64,000 nt of DNA from an uncultured Acidobacteriota bacterium (GTDB taxonomy: Bacteria > Acidobacteriota > UBA6911): positions 320,001 through 384,000 of the forward strand of contig CAWJKZ010000014.1 in assembly GCA_963843575.1 (NCBI GenBank), in the 5' to 3' direction. The notes under the pieces are model-generated. The model was not told the origin of the DNA. It worked only from the letters and a program-made list of their open reading frames with translations, and did no database searches. The number at the start of each line of letters is the position of its first letter. The stretch's first letter is position 1. Both the position numbers and the translations under genes were made by a program. Shown piece after piece: positions 31,851 through 41,965 of the stretch.

Positions 31851-32938
31851 CTAGAAATTGATCAGCTCAATTTCCCGCGTGTCCTTGACATACTGGTTGT
31901 CGGGCTGCGGATAGCGGTACTCCTTGCCCTCGAAATTCCGCAGCACGACTTCTTTGTCGTCAAACCGGGTCGACGTACTCGGGCATGAGCGGGATCTTCC
32001 CCCCTCCACCCGGCGCATCGATGACAAACTGCGGCACCGCGAACCCGGTGGTGTGGCCGCGCAGCGCCTGCATGATCTGCAGGCCCAGCTCGACGCGGGC
32101 CCGGAAGTGGTTGGTGCCGCGCGTCAGGTCCGCCTGGTAGAGATAGTACGGGCGTACCCGCATCATCAGGAGCTTGTGCATCAACTCCTTGATGATCTCC
32201 GGGTCGTCGTTGACGCCCTTCATCAGCACGGTCTGGCACCCGACCGGGATGCCCGCGTTCGCGAGCCTCTCGCACGCCTCCCTGGCCTGCGGCGTGACCT
32301 CGCGCGGGTGGTTGAAGTGCGTATTGAGGAAAGACCGGGTGGTACTTCTTGAGCATGTTGCAGAGGTTGTCGGTGATCCGGCTCGGCAGCACGCAAGGGA
32401 ACCTGGTGCCGATGCGGATGATCTGAACGTGCGGGATCGCCCTCAGGCTGGAGACGACGTGCTCCAGCTTCTGGTCGCTGACCATCAGCGGATCCCCACC
32501 CGACAGGAGCACGTCGCGGATCTCCGGGTGAGACCGGATGTAGTCGAGTCCCATCGCGATCGTCTTGTCGGTCACGTCGCTGGCGCGGCCGACCATGCGC
32601 TTGCGGGTGCAGAACCGGCAATACATCGGGCAGCGGTCGGTGATGAGCAGCAGAACGCGGTCGGGATAGCGGTGCGTAAGGCGCGGGACGGGGCTGTCCT
32701 CGTCCTCGTTGAGGGGATCCTCGAGCGCTTCCTCATCCTGCAGCTCGTTGATCGAGGGGACAGACTGTTTCCAGATCGGGTCCCCCTTGGCCTGGATGAG
32801 GTTGTAGTAGTAGCGCGGGATCCGCATCGGATACACCTTGCGCACCTCGTCTATGTCGTCGACGTCGGCGTCGAAATCCTGGTCGACGGTCTCGCCCTTG
32901 GTGACGCTGTTTCTCAGATCGAGCATCCATTGTTCCAT
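31851..32938 (-). CDS. KamA-family radical SAM protein (lysine 2,3-aminomutase type), frameshifted near 32330 and 31965
   Basis: [44 protein letters not shown]; reconstructed end ...[14 protein letters not shown]...ELINF*; AAGGAG RBS. Confidence 0.9.
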
Positions 32939-32952
32939 GTTCAAAGTAGCTC

Positions 32953-33460
32953 CTTAACCGGGAAAGTCTTTTGACAAAGATCAGCTTATCGTCGCCGGCG
33001 GCGTAGAAGTCCCGTATCCGCGAGGCTTCCTCATACCCCAGTCGACGATAGAACCCGACGGTGTTGCCGTATGATTCCTTGGATGAAGTCTCGATCACCA
33101 GGAGTCGTCCCCCTTCGCCGTGCACGCGTGCCTCGACGTGGGCGACGAGCGAGCGGCCGAAGCCGAGCCCCTGGACGGCCGGGTGCGTCGCGATCCAGTA
33201 CAGATCGTAGGTGCCGTGCGTCAGCGGCGTCGGCCCCCAGCACGTGTATCCGCGGACCTGTCCGGCACGGTCCACCGCCACGTCCGCCCTGTAATCCTGC
33301 TGAGCGCTGTCCCTGAGATAAATATCGACGAGTTCGAGAGCGCAGGCGATCTCGGCCCTGCTGAAGTTGCCGACCTGCTCGACGATCGTCGGCCACGGCG
33401 CCCCGGTCCCGGGGCACCATCAGGCCGGATGCGTATGGGTGGGTCCGTTTCAGAATGCAT
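32953..33460 (-). CDS. GNAT N-acetyltransferase, frameshifted near 33390-33420; stop position approximate
   Basis: [27 protein letters not shown] (acetyl-CoA motif QGxGxG), [24 protein letters not shown]. Confidence 0.85.
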
Positions 33461-34489
33461 ACACGGCGGCGGCCACCTTCGTGCCGCGCTCCAGTGCGAA
33501 CTGGGTGATGCGCACGACCATTTCGGCGTAGCTGTAACCGGCGGCGCGCGCCGCCCGAGCAAAGCCGGCCTTCGGCGAGATGTCGGGATTCGGGATTCAC
33601 CTCGAGAACATAGATGTTGCCTCGCGCGTCGGAGCGCATGTCGACGCGGCCGTAGTCGCGGCAGCCGACGCACTGGTAGCTGCGCAGCGCGATGTCCTTG
33701 ATCCGGGTCTCGAGCCGCTTCGACAGATCGGCCGGACAGATCGGCACCGTCCCGATGTACACCGGGCTGTCCTCGTCCCACTTGGCGCGGTAGCTGACGA
33801 TGCGCGGCTCGCCCTCGGGCAGGGTCGAGAAGTCGATCTCGGAAATGGCGAGCACCTCCGGTTCCCGGTCCCCCATGATCGAGACGTTGAACTCCCGCCC
33901 GTCGAGATACTCTTCGACCAGGGCGTCCTGCTTGTAGACGTCGTGGATGTAGGCCACCTGCCGCTCGAGGTGCGCCAGGTCGTAGCAGACCGACCCGGCG
34001 TTGATCCCCAGACTCGCGTCTTCGTGCACGGGTTTGACAATGACGGGGAGCCGCAGCCCGGCTGCGCACCTTCTGACCTGGGGAGTGCAGGTACCCCTTG
34101 GCCGCCGGAAGGCTTGCCGCGCGCAGGATCTGCTTGACGTAGAATTTGTTGAGCGCCAGGCCGAGCGCAAACGGTCCCGATCCGGTGTACGGAATTCCGA
34201 TGAGCTCGAGCAGGCCCGCGACCGACATCTCCAGCTCGGAACGCCCGTTGATCTCCTCGCAGAGGTTGAAGATGAACTTCGGCGCGATGCGGATGATGGT
34301 CTGGACGAGCTCCTTCGAGAAGTGGTCGACCGAAAGCACATAGGGGCTGAAGCCCGACTCGCGCAGGCTCTCTTCAATGGCACCGACCTCTTCGCGCAGG
34401 ATGGTCGACGGGTACACCTTTTCCTGGCACCCTTCCACCTCGGAGATGTTGGCGGCGTTGTAGAGAACCAGGCAGTCGTGTCGTCCCAT
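33450..34489 (-). CDS. D-Ala-D-Ala ligase-like ATP-grasp protein 2, frameshifted near 34060 and 33590
   Basis: [56 protein letters not shown](NPD). Confidence 0.88.
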
Positions 34490-35514
34490 CACCCCATCCC
34501 GTAACGCTTGCAGCCGATGTCCAGAACCGTGTTGATCAGTTGTCCGTAGCTCATCCCCGCAGCGCGGGCCGCCTTCGGGAAACAGGAGTTCTGCTCCGGT
34601 CGCGGGAGTATTCCGGGCAGAGGATTCAGTTCGATAATATGCGGACGGTTCAGAGCATCCAGCCGCACGTCGATGCGGCACCAGTCGCGGCACCTCAGGA
34701 CCCGGTAGGCTTCGAGGCAGATCCGTTCGATCTCTGCCTGCAGTTCGGGGTTCAACTCCGCCGGACATGAGAAGATTTCCAGCGGGTTGTCCGTCTGGTC
34801 CCAGATCCACTTGGCCTCGTAGGAATAAATGGGGTTCACTCCACCCGGCAGGGAATCAAATTTGATCTCCACGATCGGGAGCGCACGTGTTTCGCTGCCG
34901 TTGCCGATGATTGCGATCGTGAACTCACGCCCCGGCAGATACTCCTCGACGAGTGCCGGTTGCCGGTAGGTGTCCAGCAGCCAGGAAACGCGGTCGCGCA
35001 TTTCCTGTCGCGTCCTGGCAAAGGAATTGTCCCGGATCCCTATGCTGGAGCCCTCGTGCAGGGGCTTGACCATGAGCGGGTAGTGCAGGCTGTTGAAAGA
35101 GAAGTTCTTTTCCGCGATCACCCGGAAACGGGCTGTCGGCAGTCCGTGGTAAGCCAGGACTTCCTTGGCGCGCGCCTTGTCCAGGCAGAGGTTCAGCGTC
35201 AGAGGATCGCTGGCCGTGTATGGTATGTCCAGGAATTCGAGGATGGAGGGGATATGCCCTTCACGGCAGGGACCGTGGCTCCCTTCCGCGATGTTGAACA
35301 CGATCGCCGGACGCGAGATCCGGAGCGCTTCGTAGGGGTTGTCCGCCGCATCGATGCGGATGACCTCGTGCCGTTCGCCGAGCGCCACCGCCACCGCATC
35401 GATCGTTTCGGCGTCGTCCCACTCGGCCTGTACGTCGCAGATGCTACTGGGGGGCTCCTGTGCAGCTTCTTCCGTTTCCCCCCTTTTCAAGTTGTACGTC
35501 AGTCCGACTCTCAT
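34489..35514 (-). CDS. D-Ala-D-Ala ligase-like ATP-grasp protein 1
   Basis: FNIAEG, IPYTASDP, VKPLHEGSSIGI, LVEEYLPGREF, YSYEAKW, CRDWCRID, ELNPLPG. The N-terminus MRVGLTYNLK...AEWD lacks the canonical Ddl GGxSxE motif. Confidence 0.9.
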   Translation of the reverse strand: MRVGLTYNLKRGETEEAAQEPPSSICDVQAEWDDAETIDAVAVALGERHEVIRIDAADNPYEALRISRPAIVFNIAEGSHGPCREGHIPSILEFLDIPYTASDPLTLNLCLDKARAKEVLAYHGLPTARFRVIAEKNFSFNSLHYPLMVKPLHEGSSIGIRDNSFARTRQEMRDRVSWLLDTYRQPALVEEYLPGREFTIAIIGNGSETRALPIVEIKFDSLPGGVNPIYSYEAKWIWDQTDNPLEIFSCPAELNPELQAEIERICLEAYRVLRCRDWCRIDVRLDALNRPHIIELNPLPGILPRPEQNSCFPKAARAAGMSYGQLINTVLDIGCKRYGMG

Positions 35515-35538
35515 CCCACCCTCGCTTTTCGCTCAGTT

Positions 35539-35567
35539 GATATAAGGGAATCGCAATTGCTTGTCAA
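35539..35567 (-). promoter_or_regulatory. Probable sigma70 promoter of the Ddl-Ddl-GNAT-KamA(-kds) operon
   Basis: TTGACA-N17-TATATC on the minus strand about 25 nt upstream of the ATG. Confidence 0.55.
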
Positions 35568-35773
35568 GATTTATTTCAACCTTCTGACACAACATGCAGG
35601 GGGCATGGCCTCCCATGGGTACCAAATCTTGTATGGGCAGCTGTCCAAGCAACAAGCATTCCATAATTAGAATATTCTGATTAGTGGCAGTCGGATTCCC
35701 CTTTACCCTCGAGATTTTGCCTCCTCCCGGATCCCTCTATCGGTTATAATGACGCCCTGTTCAGGCCACTACA

Positions 35774-36310
35774 TTGAATATTGGAACTTTGATCTCCGGA
35801 TCCCGGCCCGACACTGCCCGCGCCCGCGCCGCCCTCGGCTTGCTCTGGGGAGGGATTCTCGCCGTCGCCGTGGCTGCCCCCTGGCTCAAGGCCGCCGGTC
35901 ACGGAACCGCGGCTGCGGCCCTGTATCTGCTCACCGCGCCGGTCTGTCATCAGAATCCGGACAGGTCTTTCTCCTGTTGTGGTTACGGCTGGGCCCTCTG
36001 TCATCGCTGCTCGGGCATCTACCTCGGCCTCTGCCTCGGGGCCCTGCTCTCCCCCCGGCTTTCGGGCGTCTGGTACGAGACCCAGTGGCGCAGGGCGTGG
36101 GTGCTCCTGGGACTTATTCCACTGCTGCTGGATGCGTTGCTTCCATTCGTCAACATCTGGGTAAATACACCGGCCAGCCGCGTCCTTTCCGGGCTGGCCT
36201 TCGGTCTGGCGACCGGCACGCTGCTGGTCCCTGCGCTGGCTGAATTGCTGGCAGGGTCTCGCGCTGGTTTGCGCGCGGCTGCCGCTCCGGATCCTCGAGG
36301 AGGCTTCTGA
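35774..36310 (+). CDS. DUF2085-like membrane protein
   Basis: VCHQNPDRSF...LCHRCSGIYLG motif, multiple TM helices. Confidence 0.8.
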   Translation: MNIGTLISGSRPDTARARAALGLLWGGILAVAVAAPWLKAAGHGTAAAALYLLTAPVCHQNPDRSFSCCGYGWALCHRCSGIYLGLCLGALLSPRLSGVWYETQWRRAWVLLGLIPLLLDALLPFVNIWVNTPASRVLSGLAFGLATGTLLVPALAELLAGSRAGLRAAAAPDPRGGF

Positions 36311-36948
36311 TGAATCAGGAAGGCATGTTCAAGCCCGCTTTGATAGGCGGGGTTTTGCTGGGCGTCCTCTCCGCGTTACCGGTTGTCAGTGCCCTCAACT
36401 GCCTGTGTTGCGCGTGGGTTATCGCCGGCGGCGTGCTGGCGGCGAACCTCTACGTGAAGTCGGCCCCCCTGCCCGTGACGCTCGGGACGGGCGCCCTGAT
36501 CGGTCTGATTGCCGGTGCGGTCGGGGCCGTGGTTGACACCATCTTTTCCATACCCATGCACCTCCTCCTCACAGGCATGGGATTCGGCGTCGGCCAACTG
36601 CGCGAAGCCATCCAGCAGGTCCCCATGGCCCCCGAAGCCCGCGATACCCTGCTCAAGGTGTTGGGCGGCGGCGGGGTCGGGATCTTCTTCGTGCTTCTTT
36701 CCGGGGTCTTCAAGCTGTTCATCTACAGTATCATGGCGATGATCGGCGGCACGCTCGGGGTGGCGCTATTCGAGAAACGCAAAATCGGCATGCAGCCGCC
36801 GGCAGTGATCCCTCCGGCCTACCAGCCGCCGCCGCGAGCGACCTTGCCCCGCCGCCTCCGCCGCCTCCGCCGGCCGATCTTACTTGAGCCGCCGCCGCAG
36901 ACAGGTTTGCCCCGGCCGGGGAACGTATGCAGGGCAGGCAGCATGTAA
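36310..36948 (+). CDS. Multi-pass membrane hypothetical protein with a Pro-rich tail (3' end probably frameshifted)
   Basis: TGATG overlap with the upstream gene; KPALIGGVLLGVLSALP..LNCLCCAW; several TM helices. Confidence 0.75.
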   Translation: MNQEGMFKPALIGGVLLGVLSALPVVSALNCLCCAWVIAGGVLAANLYVKSAPLPVTLGTGALIGLIAGAVGAVVDTIFSIPMHLLLTGMGFGVGQLREAIQQVPMAPEARDTLLKVLGGGGVGIFFVLLSGVFKLFIYSIMAMIGGTLGVALFEKRKIGMQPPAVIPPAYQPPPRATLPRRLRRLRRPILLEPPPQTGLPRPGNVCRAGSM

Positions 36949-37039
36949 CAGGTAGTGGACTTCCGCCTTCCTTTGGGGACGGCACAGCATGTGTCGCCCC
37001 CTCGGCCTCCTCCCACTTCGGGGCTTCCAGCTTCCGTCT

Positions 37040-37939
37040 CTAGAAAACGGAATTCAGCCCGGGGAGTGGCCGCACGAGATCCTCGGTTTCTATCTGAATG
37101 GTGGTGTGTTCGATGTGATACTTGTCTCTCATGAGGCTGCTCAGCGTCGAGAGCACGGCCCCGGCATCGTTGCCGCGCCGCAGCACGACGTGGCAGCTCA
37201 TGGCAGGCATGTGGGAGGTGATCGACCAGACGTGAAGGTCGTGCACGGAGACGACTCCCTGGACGGAACCGAGATCGGCCAGGATGCTGGGGATGTTCAG
37301 GTGGCGGGGGGTCCCTTCCAGCAGCACGTCGACGCTCTCGTGGACGAGGTTCCACGAGCTGTAAAGTACCAGCAGCGCGACGATGACCGAAATCAGCGGG
37401 TCCGCCAGGTACCACTGCCAGAAAACCATGATGACGCCCGCGAGAATGGCCCCGACCGAGCCGAGGGTGTCCCCCACGACGTGCAGAAACGCCCCCCGGA
37501 TATTCAGGCTCTCGCGCTGCGACCTGTGCAGCAGTGCCGCGGTGGCGAGGTTGGCGCCCAGCCCGAGGGCGGCCACCGTCAGCATCTGGCCGCCCTTGAC
37601 GACAGGCGGGTCCATGAACCGCTCGTAGGCCTCGTAGAAAATGTAGACCGCGATGAGGACGAGCAGGACGCCGTTGGCGAGGGCGGCCAGGATCTCGGCG
37701 CGCACGTAGCCGAAAGTCATCTCGTGGGTCGCGGGCCGCGCCGAAATCTTCAGGGCCAGCAGGCTCATGGCGAGCGCCGCGACGTCGGTCAGCATGTGTG
37801 CGGCGTCGGCGATCAGGGCGAGGCTGTTGGTGTAAAAGCCGGCGACCAGTTCCACCAGGAACCAGCTGCACGTTATTGCCAGCGAGAGCGCAAGCGCCTG
37901 CCTGCCGCTGCGCGGATGGGAATCAGCTTGATCCGTCAT
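37040..37939 (-). CDS. Cation diffusion facilitator (ZitB/CzcD-like Zn/Co/Cd exporter)
   Basis: SLALIADAAHMLTD, TFGYVRAEILAAL, NIRGAFLHVVGD, VHDLHVWSIT, HTTIQIE. Confidence 0.93.
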   Translation of the reverse strand: MTDQADSHPRSGRQALALSLAITCSWFLVELVAGFYTNSLALIADAAHMLTDVAALAMSLLALKISARPATHEMTFGYVRAEILAALANGVLLVLIAVYIFYEAYERFMDPPVVKGGQMLTVAALGLGANLATAALLHRSQRESLNIRGAFLHVVGDTLGSVGAILAGVIMVFWQWYLADPLISVIVALLVLYSSWNLVHESVDVLLEGTPRHLNIPSILADLGSVQGVVSVHDLHVWSITSHMPAMSCHVVLRRGNDAGAVLSTLSSLMRDKYHIEHTTIQIETEDLVRPLPGLNSVF

Positions 37940-38011
37940 TGGGACGACTTTGGTGCACAGGGTCACGGCCCGTTGCGGCTGTCCGTGGCCCGAGGGTGAC
38001 TTGCCTGGATA

Positions 38012-38039
38012 CGGGGGAGGGCCGTTGGCTCCTCCCCCG
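38012..38039. terminator. Hairpin downstream of the DUF4870-like gene
   Basis: CGGGGGAGGGCC-GTT-GGCTCCTCCCCCG; no clear U-tract. Confidence 0.35.
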
Positions 38040-38053
38040 CGCTTGAAGAGAGC

Positions 38054-38527
38054 TTAGCCGCCGGCCTGCTTGGCTGCCAGATCGCCGATGACCGGGATCA
38101 TGAACCTCTCGCCGTTGTAGGCCTTGAACATGAGGAAGAGCCACAACCCAAGGACGGCCAGCCACACGAGCATCCCGATCAGGCCGAACAACGTCATGAG
38201 AAAGCCAAAGGGAATCAGCCAGAACAGGTTGGTCCACACGATCCAGAACACGGTCATGGCGACGCTGAAGAAAATCGACTGGAAGGCGTGAAACCGCACG
38301 AAGCGGTCGTTCTTGTAGGGCTCCAGCACGAGGAAGATGATGCCGGTGATAAACCCGAGGACGTAGCACAGCAGTCCCGCGACGTTCGGGGACATCGCCG
38401 TTCCCGCAGGCGCGTTCGGCACCGGGGGGGGCGCGCCCTGGGGCGCCGCGGCCACCGGCGCGCCGCATTTGCTGCAAAAAACCGTTCCCTCGTTCACCTG
38501 GGCTCCACATTTCCCACAAAATGCCAT
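38054..38527 (-). CDS. Zinc-ribbon + DUF4870-like membrane protein
   Basis: MAFCGKCG...FCSKCG; NVAGLLCY..GIIFL; FVRFHAFQS; KAYNGE; AGGAGA RBS. Confidence 0.85.
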   Translation of the reverse strand: MAFCGKCGAQVNEGTVFCSKCGAPVAAAPQGAPPPVPNAPAGTAMSPNVAGLLCYVLGFITGIIFLVLEPYKNDRFVRFHAFQSIFFSVAMTVFWIVWTNLFWLIPFGFLMTLFGLIGMLVWLAVLGLWLFLMFKAYNGERFMIPVIGDLAAKQAGG

Positions 38528-38700
38528 TTTGGCTCTCCTGCGAAAAGAAGACGTGAGCGGTTCACCCGACGTACCGCAATGTAATGCAATGGCTTGCTCT
38601 TGCAGAAACAAGGTGCATGGCGCGTACTGAGATCCAATAGCACAAAGCGCGTGCGACATACAATGCATTTCGTACATCGGCGGCACGCGCCCGCGCGGCG

Positions 38701-41157
38701 CTACAACAAAGAGAGCGGATCGACGTCGACGTGCACGTCCTTGACGGCGACCCTGTGCGCGGCCAGCGCCTCGAAGGCTTCGCCGAGGATCGGGATGTGG
38801 CCGGAGGCGCCGGGGGACTTGAGCAGCACCTGGACGCGGTGTTTGCCGCGCAGTTTCTCGAGCGGCGCAGGTGCGGGGCCCAGCACCTGCAAGGGCTCGC
38901 CCGGCCGGCCCGCGCAGGCGTCTTTCAGAGCCCTGGCCACGCGCTCCGCCAGGTCGAACGCCTTCATATAGCTTTCATTGGCGACCAGGAACTGCACGAG
39001 AGACCGGAACGGCGGGTATCCCATGAGCCTGCGGAAGTCCAGCTCGTGGCGGAAGTAACCGGCATAGTCCTGCTGCCGCGCGTACTTCAGCGCATAGTGG
39101 TCGGGGTACTGCGCCTGGATCACCACCCTGCCGGGGACGGCTCCGCGGCCGGCCCTGCCGGCCACCTGGGTCAGGAGCTGGAACGTGCGTTCGGCGGAGC
39201 GGAAATCCGGGAAGGCGAGGCTGGCGTCGGCGGCGAGGACACCCACGAGGGTCACGTTGGGGAAGTCGTGCCCTTTGGCGACCATCTGGGTTCCCACCAG
39301 AACATCGAGGCCGCCCGAGGCGAAATCGAGCAACGTCTTGCGCAGTGCGCCGCGGCGCCGGGTGGTGTCGCGGTCCAGGCGGGCGACGCGGGCGGAGGGC
39401 ATCAGGGTCCTGACGACCTGTTCGAGCTGTTCGGTGCCGACGCCGGCGAAATATATGTAGGGTCCGCCGCAGCTTCCGCACGCGGCGGGCACCGTCGTTT
39501 CACCGCCGCAGTAATGGCACACCAGGTTCCCCTCAGCCTGGTGATAGGTCATGGAGATGCTGCAGTCCGGGCAGGTGTAGACGTGACCGCAGCTGCGGCA
39601 GAACAGCGTTCGCGAATACCCGCGCCGGTTGAGCAGGAGGATCGACTGCTCCCCGCGCGCGAGCCGCTCGCGCAGTTCCGCCTGGAGTGCCCGCGACAGG
39701 ACGTGCCGCTTGCCGACCTCCTGGAACTCCCTCCCCATGTCGACCACCTGCACGTCGGCGAGCGGGCGCGCCTCGACGCGCTCGGGCAGTCCCAGGAGCC
39801 GCATCGCCCCGGTGGAAGCCTCGTGGAAGGTCTCGACCGACGGGGTCGCCGAGCCCATCAGGAGCAGCCCGCCCGATTGCCCCATCCTCTGCCAGGCCAC
39901 CTCCCGGGCGTGGTAGCAGGGGGATTCGTCCTGTTTGTACGAGGCGTCCTGCTCTTCGTCGATGACGATGAGCCGGATCGCATCCAGCGGCGCAAACACC
40001 GCCGAACGGGTCCCTACCACCACCCCGGCTCCCCCGCTGCGAATCCTGTTCCACTGGTCGAACCTCTCGCCGGGGGACATCCCGCTGTGCAGGAGGGCGA
40101 CCTGAGCGGGGAAATGGGAGACGGCGATGCGGCTCAGCATGGGGGTGAGGCCGATCTCGGGGACGAGCAGCAGCGCTCTTCCGCCGGACCGCAGCACGTC
40201 GGCGATGAGACGCAGGTAGATTTCGGTCTTGCCGCTTCCGGTGACCCCGTGCAGGAGGCAGCGCTGCGGCCGGCCCGTGGCGACCATTTCCCTCAGTTCC
40301 GCCAGCGCCCGCTCCTGGGCCTCGGTCAGGATGACCAGCTTGCGCTCCGGGACCGTGCTCAGGTCCAGCGGCAGGCGGGACAACGGCGCCGGGTAGATTC
40401 TTGCCAGCCCCCTGGATTCCAGCGCTCTGGCGACGCTCGCGCTGCAGCGCGAGGCCTCGAGGGCCTCCTTCAGGAGCAAGGGAGGATTGCGGCCGAGCAG
40501 AAACTCGTGCAGCCTCCGCTGCGCGGACGGAAGGCGGGGCGGGGACACCGCGGTCGCGGGGAGCGCGGCGATCGCAAGTTGTTCCTTGGTGTCGACACGG
40601 GGGCGGGCGACCTCGACCTCCACGTCGACGAGCGAGGCACGGGCCAGCGCGTCGATGCAGCGCGCCGCGTCGGCCACCTCGCTGCGGGCGGCCACCTCCG
40701 CCTCCGTGAGACTGCCGGCAGCTGCCAGCGTCTCCAGCACCTCGATTTCCGCCGGGCGCAGGCCCGGGGGGCGAAGCCCGCCCGCGAGGAGTTGCGCGAT
40801 GCGGGGGCGGATCCGGACGCGGCGCACCCCGGACACCTGGGTTCCCGCGGGGAAGAGCGCCTTGAGCACTTCGCCGGGAGGGCTGAAGTACCGCTCCGCG
40901 ATCCACAGGGCCGTCTCGACGAGCGACGGGGGAATGACGGGGGCGGCGTCGAGCAGCTCCCGGATGGGTCTCAGTCGGAATTCCCCTCCGGGCGGCTGGT
41001 CCGACAGCCCAATGATGAAACCCGTCAGAAGCTTGCGCCCGAAGGGGACGAGCACCCGCATGCCGACCGCGGCGCGGCCCCGCAGCGGTTCGGGAACCGC
41101 GTACGCGAACGACTTGCGGATCGCCACCGCGACGGCAACATCGGCAAAGGCGGGCAT
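38701..41157 (-). CDS. priA: Primosomal protein N'
   Basis: LHGVTGSGKTE, LVPEIGLT, DEEQ, LNRRGY, four CxxC pairs, GTQMVAKGHDFP, QVAGRAGR, DVDP. Confidence 0.96.
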   Translation of the reverse strand: MPAFADVAVAVAIRKSFAYAVPEPLRGRAAVGMRVLVPFGRKLLTGFIIGLSDQPPGGEFRLRPIRELLDAAPVIPPSLVETALWIAERYFSPPGEVLKALFPAGTQVSGVRRVRIRPRIAQLLAGGLRPPGLRPAEIEVLETLAAAGSLTEAEVAARSEVADAARCIDALARASLVDVEVEVARPRVDTKEQLAIAALPATAVSPPRLPSAQRRLHEFLLGRNPPLLLKEALEASRCSASVARALESRGLARIYPAPLSRLPLDLSTVPERKLVILTEAQERALAELREMVATGRPQRCLLHGVTGSGKTEIYLRLIADVLRSGGRALLLVPEIGLTPMLSRIAVSHFPAQVALLHSGMSPGERFDQWNRIRSGGAGVVVGTRSAVFAPLDAIRLIVIDEEQDASYKQDESPCYHAREVAWQRMGQSGGLLLMGSATPSVETFHEASTGAMRLLGLPERVEARPLADVQVVDMGREFQEVGKRHVLSRALQAELRERLARGEQSILLLNRRGYSRTLFCRSCGHVYTCPDCSISMTYHQAEGNLVCHYCGGETTVPAACGSCGGPYIYFAGVGTEQLEQVVRTLMPSARVARLDRDTTRRRGALRKTLLDFASGGLDVLVGTQMVAKGHDFPNVTLVGVLAADASLAFPDFRSAERTFQLLTQVAGRAGRGAVPGRVVIQAQYPDHYALKYARQQDYAGYFRHELDFRRLMGYPPFRSLVQFLVANESYMKAFDLAERVARALKDACAGRPGEPLQVLGPAPAPLEKLRGKHRVQVLLKSPGASGHIPILGEAFEALAAHRVAVKDVHVDVDPLSLL

Positions 41158-41191
41158 AGGCAGCATGCAGCCGGGATTGGAGGCGTCAGGG

Positions 41192-41965
41192 TCAACGGGG
41201 CGCACGGAGGTAGTCGCGGACCATCCGCATATCCTCCCACACCTTCCGCTTCTCATTGGGATTACGCAGCAAGTACGCCGGGTGGAAGGTCGGCATGAGC
41301 TTCACGCCGCGGTAGTCATAGAATCTCCCGCGCAGACTGGAGATCGGAGCCTTCGTGCGCAGCAGCGTCTGGACGCCGTAGAGCCCGAGCGCGCAGATCA
41401 CCTTGGGCTTCACGGCGGCGACCTGCCGGAACAGGAACGGCTCGCACGCCGCGACCTCGTCCTTTTCGGGGTTCCGGTTCTCGGGCGGCCGGCATTTCAG
41501 GATGTTGCAGATGTAGACATCCTCCCGACGCATGTCGATCGCTTCGAGGATGCGGGTGAGCAGTTGTCCCGCGCGGCCGACGAAGGGGAGGCCCTGCTCG
41601 TCTTCGTCCGCGCCCGGGGCTTCCCCGACCAACATCAGCTCGGCCGCGGGATTCCCCGAGCCGAAAACGATGTGCTTCCTCCCGCCGGCGAGCTTGCAGC
41701 GCCGGCAGTCGCCCAGGTCGCCGCGTATCCCCTCCAGGGACTCCTGCGGGCCTTCGGGCTCGGCAAACATCGTCGGGGGAGGCACCGCCGGAGCGCGGCG
41801 GGCTTCCGGCGCGGCGGGGGCCGCAGGCGCGGGACGGCGCGGCTCCGCGCCGCGGGGCTGCACCGCCGGCCTCGGGGCGCGGCGCGCCACCCATTTGCCG
41901 CCGATGTCCTGGTAGAAGCGGAGGTGGTTGATGATCTCCTCGCCCAGCCGCCGTCTGTCGTTCAC
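41192..41965 (-). CDS. Uracil-DNA glycosylase, family 4 (Fe-S)
   Basis: CRRCKL, VGEAPG, PFVGRAG, KCRPPENR, TFHPAYLLR. Confidence 0.94.
   Translation of the reverse strand: MNDRRRLGEEIINHLRFYQDIGGKWVARRAPRPAVQPRGAEPRRPAPAAPAAPEARRAPAVPPPTMFAEPEGPQESLEGIRGDLGDCRRCKLAGGRKHIVFGSGNPAAELMLVGEAPGADEDEQGLPFVGRAGQLLTRILEAIDMRREDVYICNILKCRPPENRNPEKDEVAACEPFLFRQVAAVKPKVICALGLYGVQTLLRTKAPISSLRGRFYDYRGVKLMPTFHPAYLLRNPNEKRKVWEDMRMVRDYLRAPR

Noticed and set aside
31851-32938. KamA as EF-P modification enzyme EpmB or part of lysine fermentation
   Set aside because: No efp, epmA or kamDE genes are adjacent, and it is coupled instead to the GNAT and ATP-grasp genes. A trans role cannot be excluded.
33450-35514. 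Housekeeping ddl or VanA-type resistance ligases
   Set aside because: They lack the canonical N-terminal GGxSxE motif and have no mur/fts or vanHX context.
38731-41298. Long plus-strand ORFs (855 aa here; also 1599-3347, 13191-15125, 42791-44299, 54596-56881)
   Set aside because: These are antisense shadows of well-supported genes, typical of high-GC DNA, with no recognisable motifs.
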